From: Anthoceros angustus | Lineage: Eukaryota > Plantae > Anthocerotophyta | Length of the DNA: 64,000 nt | Reading direction: 5' to 3' | NCBI GenBank assembly: GCA_010909165.1 | Contig: MU008199.1 | Coordinates: 266,248 to 330,247, forward strand | In this document: positions 51,411-61,695 of the stretch, one piece after another | Layout of the letters: every line of letters starts with the position of its first letter | Numbering within the stretch: position 1 is the first letter of the stretch | The notes under the pieces: generated by a model | What the model saw: the letters and a program-made list of their open reading frames with translations, nothing else | What the model was told of the DNA's origin: nothing | Databases searched by the model: none | Position numbers and translations under genes: made by a program

Positions 51411-52902
51411 CGTGGTTCACTCTGTACTCCGGCTCCAAATTTGCATATACATATAAGCTAGGTACATGTTTAGGACTTTGAGGCATGCACTTCGGACCAA
51501 GGAGACTGGGTAATGCTTGCTCACCCAACAACTAGAGGTAGCGGAAAATGGAATCAAGGCGTGTTGGGGAGCCGCCAGTGTGTGTTGACTTTGCAGGGAG
51601 GTTACTTTGCAGAAATGATCGACTGACATGGCATCACTCTAACAAAATGGAGAATTGATTTCATAAAGGTGATTTTACCATCTTTCCTCATGTTCCATCT
51701 GCTTAATTGATGGGAGTAATAGGCTTGTGACCAAGACTCTGAAATCTTTCGTCAACCGATGGTAAGAGATGGTAGAGGAAGTTCGAGAGCATGTTGTGCA
51801 CATGGTGTCGACTTTTACTTCCGTTAGGATTTTGCTATTTAGTTAGCTTTTCCCGTATACAACGTTAATTATGCTCAGGGTTTATTGTGAGCTTGTTTTT
51901 TTTTTTGAAATATAAATTTTGAGTATTTTCGCTAAAATATATGAAACTATGTCTCCTCTAAACACTTCCTTTCTTTTCTTTCAGCGTAATGCATTCATTC
52001 GACAATATACTAATGCCACCGCCCATCCACAAACAAATGGTCAAAGATGGTACGGACATCAAAGGATAAATAATAGAAAATCAGCTCCACAAGACCTCCC
52101 ACTTTCACGCTTTATGGCGGCCAATTCATCCGGAATGAAGACGGGCATAAATGCAACTCCACAAATGAACGACAAACATGAGGGTTAATATCCTAAATAG
52201 TTTCTTTATGGAGTAAAGTAATAGTTATGATCTTCTAACTAATTTACTATGTTCCATAAATATTATAAGTCCTTTCAAAGAAGCCATTTACAACCGTCCA
52301 TATGAAGATCTTCTTAGACATGCTAGATGTTCTTAAAACCATTTGCAAAGTAAGCAAAGGCCACAAGTAAAGATTACATTGTCCAAAAATATGATATATT
52401 ATTATGACACATTTTAAATACAAATGTAGTGCAAACAAGTACAACCAATAAACAAGGCGGATTTGGTGGCAAGTCCACCAATGGAGACGGGCCCAAAAGC
52501 CTAGATGATGCAAGTGCAAAAATTCAAGATGAGTAAATGATACGTGGAGGCCAAGTGGACTAGTGACATCATTCATGAGGAGTCCGTAGATGTAGACGCG
52601 GGCATTAACGAGGACTGGGCAAGGAATATATATGGTAGAAGACACATACACGGAAGGAAGATTTTATTGAGGTGAAAAAACAATGGGAAAAGCCCATCTA
52701 GGAGGGGACAACCAAAGGGACAAGGGGGTCGAGGTGAAGAGGAGCATCTGAGCTCCCTACCTACAGTCACCTACTGCACCCACAATGTCATATGCAGGAA
52801 GAATAAACGGCCTGCAGTCGGAAGTATGCTGTGAGGGTACACGGCATGGTAGTTAACCTAGGACCTCCCAACCACATAACTGAGCCTAAAATTTCAACAG
52901 TG

Positions 52903-53004
52903 ATGTAATACTATAGGTATAACATTTTTCAACATGGTTCATGTAATACTATAGATATAATATTTTTCAAAATGGGTTCATGTAATACTATAGATATAAC
53001 ATTT
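52903..53004. repeat. 38-39-nt tandem repeat ATGTAATACTATAGATATAACATTTTTCAA.. x about 3
   Basis: Units start at 52903, 52941 and 52980. Confidence 0.85.
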
Positions 53005-53747
53005 GATGTTACGTTTAAGAAGGCCCAGTCCCACTTCCAGGAGTGTGTCGGACAAAAAATGCAATATAGGATAACAAAATTAAACTTCTTCTTCTAGGCA
53101 GCAAGCAATAGATGTGGTCCTTGTTATCTTTCCATGCCGATCAGTCAAAGCCGGGCCCTCCGGCTCCATTTGTCCATACAGTCGAGAAAAAGCTGTAAAA
53201 ACCTCTGCATTTTCCAGTTCCCCATATTCCGCATTCTCCGGAGCCGTCCTCTCGTCCTGGTTTGGATCAGAATGTCACAGACGCGCGCGCCTTGGATCCC
53301 TCAACCAGTTGCTGGAGATTCTCACACCCAGTAGCCACGGTTTCTCCGAGCTCTTCGGTTGCAGCCAGTCGATTCCCAGATCTTCACTAGCCACAGATCA
53401 CAACAAAACGGTCGGATCATTCAGAGCAGGTTGCGGGAGGGACGGATGGCCGGGACGGGCGGGCGGAACAGGCTACATATTTTGAAACACCGTACGCACA
53501 CGACGCACTTTCCTAACGGATTTGCCAACCGAATGTTCTTAACCTCACCATTCTTCACCGCCCCGTTCGACGGGACGAGCTTGATTCTATGGTGGCCATG
53601 GCCCATGTGCATGGGAACGTGGGGGGGCGATGGCCTGCCACGGCCGTGCAATACGGCGAGTGGCAGGCCTAAATGGTCTTCGGGGATTGATAGGAATGCT
53701 TCCGAGAGCGGTGCCTGCGACATGACCACAGGATGGCATTTTGTGAC

Positions 53748-56700
53748 ATGGCCACAGTATGGCAACCGGATCCGTCATGGACCCAACCAATTGGTGGGTG
53801 TGCAGGAGTCCACCAGAGCTCGCGCACGCCTCACTTTCAGCAGACAGCCGCTGGCAAACAACGAAGCCTCGAGGTGGAGCAGGGTAATGAGCTCAGCACT
53901 GCGGAGGAAATACATGGCTGGGGAGGCATTCTCCAGCGACGATCGTCGCCAGGAGCTGGAGCGCTTGTGGCGAGAGTTTTTTCTTCACCCTACCATGTGG
54001 TGGGATAACAGGCGAGATAAGAAGAGCTCGCGTTCGCCTGACTTCCGCCGCGAGGGGTCTGGTGAGGTCCTCTGGTTAGACAACTCCTCCAATCCAGCTT
54101 GGGTGGGTGAGCAGCTCGTTGCTTTGGACAGGCGGATGGGCCATGGTGCTTCTACGTCGAAGTCGAGCTTTTTGGGTAGGCCCGAGCCTGGCAGGCCTGC
54201 AGGATACGACATGGGCATAACTCCTGAAACCGTGAGCACGTTATGTGAGCAAGGGAAGCTCAGTGAGGCCGTCGCCGCCCTGGAATTTCTGGCGCAGGGG
54301 GCCTGTCCTGTCTCTCAGTCTCTGTTTTATGCTGTACTGAAACTGTGCGCCAGAAAAAAGAATCTGGTTCTGGGGCGACGAGTTCATGATCTAACTATCA
54401 ATCTGGGATACGAGTTAAATACGTACTTGGGGAACCATATATTGCGGATGTATGCAGGTGCAGGTGAGTTACAATTGGCCATGGATGTGTTCACCAGGGT
54501 GGGCAAACCAGATGCCTTCATGTGGTTTTCCATAATCTCTGCATATGCTAAGCATGGGAATCCTAATGAGGCAATACAACTGTACCACGAGATGCATAGG
54601 TCAGGGGTGAAGCCAGATGGTCACGTCTTTGTAGCTGCCCTTCAAGCTTGTGCATTTGCCAATGACTTGGAATCTGGCAGAACTGTGCACTCTGATTTCT
54701 TGCGCAGTGGAATTCCTCTGAACTTGTTTCTAGGCAGCTGCCTGGTTGACATGTATGCAAAATGTGGCGAACTGGAATATGCACGGCAGGTATTTGACAG
54801 CTTGCCCACAAAAAATGTTGTTACATGGAATGCTCTCATAGCTGGGTATGCAAATCATAGGCTCTTTCAAGAGGCGTTTATTCTGTATAGAGAAATGGAG
54901 CAAGAGGGCCTGGTTCTGGCTGATAATGTTACTTTTGCTTGCCTTCTGAAGGCCTGTGCAAGCTCTTGTGCTTTAGTAGAGGGCAGGCAGCTGCACTCAC
55001 AGATTTTGGAAAGAGGGCACCTAGAAAGTGACATATTGTTGGGCAACTGCCTAGTGGACATGTATGCGAAATGTGGCGAACTGGAAGTTGCACACATGGT
55101 TTTTGAGAGCTTGGCCACTAAGGATGTCGTCACATGGACCTCCCTTATAGCTGGGTATGCAAATCATGGGCTTTTTCAAGAAGCACTTCTTCTATATGGA
55201 CAAATGGAGCAAGAGGGCCTGGTTCTGGCTGATAATGTTACTTTTGCTTGCCTTCTGAAGGCCTGTGCAAGCTCTTGTGCTTTAGTAGAGGGCAGGCAGC
55301 TGCACTCACAGATTTTGGAAAGAGGGCACCTAGAAAGTGACATATTGTTGGGCAACTGCCTGGTGGACATGTATGCAAAATGTGGCGAACTGGAATATGC
55401 ACGCAGGTATTTGACAGCTTGCCCACAAAAATGTTGTTACATGGAATGCTCTCATAGCTGGGTATGCAAATCATAGGCTCTTTCAAGAGGCGTTTATTCT
55501 GTATGGACAAATGGAGCAAGAGGGCCTGGTTCTGGCTGATAATGTTACTTTTGCTTGCCTTCTGAAGGCCTGTGCAAGCTCTTGTGCTTTAGTAGAGGGC
55601 AGGCAGCTGCACTCACAGATTTTGGAAAGAGGGCACCTAGAAAGTGACATATTGTTGGGCAACTGCCTAGTGGACATGTATGCGAAATGTGGCGAACTGG
55701 AAGTTGCACACATGGTTTTTGAGAGCTTGGCCACTAAGGATGTCGTCACATGGACCTCCCTTATAGCTGGGTATGCAAATCATGGGCTTTTTCAAGAAGC
55801 ACTTCTTCTATATGGACAAATGGAGCAAGAGGGCTTGAGTTTGGGAAATCATATTACGTTTGCTTGCCTTCTTAAGGCCTGTGCAAGCGATGGTGCCTTA
55901 GAGAAGGGCAGGGAGTTGCACTCACAGATTGTGGAAAGGGGACTGCTAGATAACATACTGGTGGGCAACTGCCTGGTGGACATGTATGCTAAATGTGGCA
56001 AACTGGAAGATGCATGCAGGGTTTTTGACAGTTTGCCCAGAAAAAATGTGGCGACATGGACGGCTCTAATAGCTGGCTATGCACAGCAGGGTCTCCCCAG
56101 AGGCTATTGGCCTGTATGGACAAATGGAGCAAGAGGGCCAGATCCTAGCTGACAGCGTTGCTTTTTCTTGCCTTTTGAGGGCATGTGCAAGTGCCGGTGC
56201 CTTGCAAGAGGGCAGGCACCTGCACTCTCAGATTCTGGAAAGAGGTCAGCTGCAAAGTGACATGCTGGTAGGGAACTGCTTGGTAGACATGTATGCAAAA
56301 TGTGGCGAACTCGAAGATGCTCGCCAGGTCTTTGATAGCTTGGCCTTGAAAGATGTGGTGACATGGACGACCCTTATAGCAGGGTATGCTCAGCAAGGGC
56401 CCTGTCAGGAGGCGTTGGTTCTGTATCGTCAAATGGAGCAGGAGGGGCTGATTCTGGCTGACGCTGTTACTTTTTCTTGCCTTTTGAGGGTATGTGCAAG
56501 TGCTGGTGCCTTACAAGAGGGAAGAGAACTGCACTCACAGATTGTGGAAAGAGGTCAGTTAGACAGTGACATACAATTGGGCACGTGCCTGGTGGACATG
56601 TATGCGAAATGTGGTGAATTAGAAGATGCACGTCGGGTGTTTGACAGTTTAGCATCAAGAGATGTGGCGACATGGACGGCCCTGATATCTGGCTATGGTA

Positions 56701-57575
56701 CTTGTGATGAAGGTCACAATGCCCTTGCCTGTTTTGAGGAGATGTTAGTTGCTGGTGTTCAGCCGGATGATTCTACTTTGACCTGCGTTTTGGTAGCATG
56801 TGGTCATGAGGGGTTGGTGACTGAGGGTCGCAAGCACTTCAATGCCATGGAACAGCAGGGCATCAAACCTAATATTCAGCATTACAATTGCATGATTGAT
56901 CTTCTTGCACGAGCAGGCCATCTAGATGAGGCGGAGAACATGCTATCATCATGTGAGAGCGAAGGCAATGTCGTGGGGTTGACGTCTTTGCTATATGCCT
57001 GCAAAAGTCATGGGGATATAGAGAGGGCAACCCGGTGCTTTGAAAGTCTTGTAAGACTGGACCCTCAGGGTGCATCCGCGTATATGCTTATGGCCAATGT
57101 GTATGCCGATGGTGGTAGGTGGACAGATGCAGAGAGGATTGAAAGACAGAGAATTATAGCTGGAGCCAAGAAGAAACCTGCAGTAGCAGGCATTGAGGTC
57201 AAGAAGGAGGTACATACGTTTGTGGTGGGAGAATACAGAGATGATATCTCGCTCAAGTTAGAGAGCATGAGAGTATGTCTGAAGGAGGCAGGGGGCCACG
57301 TACCGCAGACAAAGTTGGTTCTGAAGCCACTGTCTGAGAAGGAAAAGGAAGATGCGCTTTGTGGGCATGCTGAGAAGCTAGCTCTGGCATATGGTCTCTT
57401 GAATACTCCAAGTGGCACACGTCTGCTGGTAACGAAGGATCTACGAATGTGCAGTGACTGCCACAGTTCCACCGAAATCATGTCGAGGGTTGAAAAGCGA
57501 GATATTGTTGTAAGGGATGGTTACCGTGTGCATCGATTCGCAGCTGGTTGTTGCAGTTGTAAGGGTCGACCGTAA
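53748..57575 (+). CDS. Gene E: PDF-motif / PLS-PPR / DYW:KP protein ending GRP (6 internal triplets)
   Basis: Homologous start MATVWQPDP at 53748 (alternative ATG at 53722). PDF motif 53950-54117. Frameshifts at about 53805, 55405-55430 and 56090 are short-run deletions. ORF 56079-57575 has a full E1-E2-DYW:KP. Confidence 0.85.
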
Positions 57576-57589
57576 AGTGAAGATCTAGA

Positions 57590-58015
57590 CTGTGGACTTG
57601 AATCATGCATTTGGTACGAAGGTGACCAACAACCGAGAGGAAGCGGAAAATGGAATCCAAGGCGTGTTGGCGGCCGCTTCCAAGTGGCCTGACCCGTCCA
57701 AGAAGGTCCACGATTTCCAGTGCTCGAGTGTGGGAGTGATGCCATGTCTGTCCGCCGTTGCGGTTAACTGCTTTCTGCCCTCTTGTGCCAGACCCACATG
57801 ACTGCAGGCCACCAGTTGGGCTCAACGTATGGTGCCGCACCATTGTTTTGTTGGCCATAGCCAGCACAGTTTGCCCTATTCCTTTCACCTTTATCCGAGA
57901 AGAAAGGTCTGAAATCTAAGGTGTCTTCGGTATGTCTTGGGTCTTCACTCCGCACTTGATGCTCAAAGGAATGCCAAATGCCTCGCCAACGCAACTCAAG
58001 ACTTCGAGCTGAGTG
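57590..58015 (-). mobile_element. Possible decayed LINE 3' fragment (zf-RVT-like); a related short piece lies at about 51480-51580
   Basis: RWRGIWHS...NCAGYG...WWPAVMWVW pattern. gcggaaaatggaatc(c)aaggcgtgttgg is shared between 51541 and 57643. Confidence 0.3.
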
Positions 58016-58635
58016 TATGACAATGGACCCGGATCACTTTTAATCGTCCTTCCTTATCTGCCATCAAATACTGTGAATTGTAGCAAGCGTGAAACGTTCG
58101 TCAAGTGTTGTGCATATTTCCAATCCTCTGTGCTTGATCCTTCCCTTCCCAACCCACCTTATCCCTGATGGATTTCAAACCTGCACCCTCAAATGGAAGA
58201 TTATCTTGTAGCCGTCTCACTCTTTTAGCGATGAGAACTCTACTGGGTTAGTGGAATGCTTTTGACAAGAAAATTCTTTGTAGCTGCCCTCAAGCTTGTG
58301 CACTTGCCACGGACATGGAATGCCCTGATAGCTGGGTATGCAAAATGTGGTGACATGGAATCTGGCACAAAGTGCACTCTGATGTGTTGCAGAGTGGCAT
58401 TCCTCCTAACTTGTTTGTCGGCAGCTGCCTGGTGGACATGTATGCCTGTGGAGGTAGGTTACAAGAGGGCAGGCAGCTGCACTCACAGATTCTGGGAAGA
58501 GGTCTGCTAGATAACATAGTGGTGGGCAACTGCCTGGTGGACATGTATGCCTGTGGAGGTAGGTTACAAGAGGGCAGGCAGCTGCACTCACAGATTGTGG
58601 AAAGAGGAGCTCTCGGCTACTTCAGTTTAGGAGTC

Positions 58636-61600
58636 AACCGCTGGTAAACAACGAAGCCTCGACGTGCAGCAGTGTCAGGAACCCAGGACTGCGGAGGAAA
58701 TCCATGGCTGGGGAAGTATTACCCGCCGACGGTCGTCGGCAGGAGCTAGAGCTCTCGGACCGGCAGTTCTTTCTGGACCCTACCATGTGGTGGGACAACA
58801 GGCGAGGTGAGAAGAGTTCCCGTTCGCCTGACTTCCGGCGGAAAGGGTCCGGCGAGATCCTCTGGCTAGACAACTCTTCCAATCCCGCTTGGGTGGATGC
58901 TCAGCTCGGTGCTCGGGATATGCATATCGGTCATGCTGCCTCTCCTTCCAAGTCGTGTATTTCCGACAAGCCTGAGCCTCGGAGGCCTGCTGGATCAGAA
59001 ATGAGCGTAACAGCTGTAACCGTGAGCACGTTATGTCAGCAAGGGAAGCTTACCGAGGCCGTTGTAGCCCTGGAAGAGTTGGCGGAGACATACTTTCCTA
59101 TTTCTCAGTCTCTGTTGTATACTGTTCTGAAACTGTGTGCAGCAAAGAAGGATTTGGTTGTGGGGCGACGAGTTCATGATCTCACTGTCAAACTTGGGTA
59201 TGAGTCGAATACGTACTTGGGAAACCACATTTGCGCATGTATGCCTGTGGAGGTAGGTTACAAGAGGCCATGGATGTGTTCACCAGAGTGGGGAAACCTG
59301 ATGCCTTCATGTGGTTCTCCATAATCTCCGCATATACTAAACACGGAAAGCCTAATGAGGCCATACAACTATACCATGAAATGTGCAGCTCTGGGGTGAA
59401 ACCGGATGCTCACGTCTTTGTAGCTGCCCTTCAAGCTTGTGCACTTGCCACGGACATGGAATCTGGCACAAAGTGCACTCTGATATCTTCAACAGTGGCA
59501 TTCCTCCTAACTTGTTTGTCGGCAGCTGCCTGGTGGACATGTATGCAAAATGTGGCGAACTGGAAGATGCACGCCAGGTGTTTGACAGCTTGGCCACAAA
59601 GGATGTGGTGACATGGACGGCCCTGATAGCTGGGTATGCACAGCAAGGGCTCTGTCAAGAGGCGCTTGTTCTATATGGACACATGGAGCAAGAGGGCCTG
59701 ATTCTGAGTAACCCTGTTACGTTTGCTTGCCTTCTGAAGGCCTGTGCAAGTGCTGGTGCCTTGCAGAAGGGCAGACAGCTGCACTCACAGATTGTGGAAA
59801 GAGGAGAGCTACAAAATGACATACTGGTGGGCAACTGCCTGGTGGACATGTATGCAAAATGTGGTGAACTAGAAGATGCACGCCAGGTTTTGACAGTTTG
59901 GCCACAAAAATGTGGTGACATGGACCACCCTTATAGCTGGGTATGCAAATCATGGGCTCGGTGAAGAGGCGCTTGTTCTATATGGACACATGGAGCAACA
60001 GGGCCTGATCTTGGGTAACCATGTTACTTTTACTTGCCTTCTGAAGGCCTGTGCAAGCTGGCGCTTTACAGGAGGGCAGGCAGCTGCACTCACAGATTGT
60101 GGAAAGAGGAGAGCTAGACAGTGACATACTGGTCTGCAACTGCTTGTTGGACATGTATGCAAAATGTGGCGAACTAGATGCACGACAGGTGTTTGACAGC
60201 TTGGCCACAAAGGATGTGGTGACATGGACGGCCCTTATAGCTGGGTATGCAAATCATGGGCTCGGTGAAGAGGCGCTTGTTCTATATGGACACATGGAGC
60301 AAGAGGGCCTGATCTTGGGTAACCATGTTACTTGCCTTCTGAAGGCCTGTGCTAGCACTCGTGCCTTATGGAAGGGCAGGGCACACTCACAGATTGTGGA
60401 AGAGGTCTGCTAGATAACATAGTGGTGGGCAACTGCCTTGTGGACATGTATGCAAAATGTGGCGAACTAGAAGATGCACGTAGGGTTTTCAGAGCTTGAC
60501 CAGAAAGGATGTGGTGACATGGAATGCCCTAATAGCTGGGTATGCACAGCAAGGGCTCTGTCAAGAGGCGCTTGTCCCATGCCGAAATGGAGGCGGGCCT
60601 TATTTTGGCAAATCATGTACTTTTACGTGCCTTCTGAATGCTTGTACAATTGCGGTGCCTTACAAGAGGGCAGGCAGCTGCACTGCAGATTGTGGAAAGA
60701 GGGAGATATATTGGTGGGGAACTGCCTGGTGGACATGTATGCAAAATGTGGCGAACTGGAAGATGCAGGTTTTTGAGCTTTATCCGCCAAGGATGTGGTG
60801 ACATGGAATGCCCTGATAGATGGGTATGGTACTTGTGATCAAGGTCACAAAGCACTTTCCTGTTTCGAGGAGATGATAGTTGCTGGTATGGAGCCTAATG
60901 ATGCTACTTTTTGCCTTTTAGTAGCATGCGGTCACAAGGACTGGTGAATGAGGGTTGGAAGTACTTCGATGCCATGGTTGAACACCATGGCATCAAACCT
61001 ACTGTTCAGCATCACAATTGCATGATTGATCTTCTTGGGCGTGCAGGCCATTTAGATGAGGCAGAGAACATGCTATTATCATGTGACAGCCAGAACAACG
61101 TTGTGGGATTGACTTCTTTACTGAATGCCTGCAAAAGTCATGGGGATATAGAGAGGGCGACCCGGTGTTTTGAAAGTCTTGTTGCATTGCACCCTCAGGG
61201 GCATCCGCATATGTGCTCATGGCCAATGTCTATGCAGATGCAGGAGGTGGACAGATGTAGACAGGATTGAAAGACAGAGGATGGTAGCAGGAGCTAGGAA
61301 GAAACCTGCAGTGGCAGGCATTGAGGTAAAGGAGCAGGTACATACGTTTGTGGTGGGAGAACACAGAGATGATATCTCGCTCAAGGTAGACAGCATGAAT
61401 GTACGTCTGAAGGAGGAAAGGGCCACGTACCTCACACAAAGTTGGTGTTGAAGCCACTGTCTGAGAAGGAAAGGAAGATGCGCTTTGCGGGCATGCTGAG
61501 AAGCTAGCTCTGGCGTATGGTCTCTTGAACACTGAGTGGCACTCCTCTGCTGGTAACGAAGAATCTACGCATGTGCAGTGACTGCCACAGTTCGACCGAA

Positions 61601-61695
61601 ATCATGTCAAGGGTTGAAAAGAGACATTGTGGTGAGGGATGCGTACCGTGCATCGCTTTACAGCTGGTTCTTGCAGTTGTAATGGTCAACCATGA
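58636..61695 (+). pseudogene. Copy F: near-duplicate of gene C (PDF / PLS-PPR / DYW:KP, GQP end); 5' end replaced by scrambled PPR pieces; many indels
   Basis: PDF motif 58740-58907. Ends aatggtcaaccaTGA at 61695. No start codon is visible and the indels are homopolymer-type, so its true status is uncertain. Confidence 0.65.

Noticed and set aside
53359-53721. Long N-terminal extensions of the ORF calls for E (53359), A (31801) and C (42590)
   Set aside because: They use non-ATG starts, and similarity among paralogues begins only around the SESG.C.M(A/G/T)T(V/I)(W/L)QPDP start.
35130-61695. Calling A, B, D, E and F pseudogenes, or invoking programmed frameshifting or RNA-level repair, because of their frameshifts
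   Set aside because: Nearly all breaks are 1-2 nt losses in homopolymer or dinucleotide runs, and the same pattern affects TEs and spacers. Long-read consensus error is the simpler explanation.
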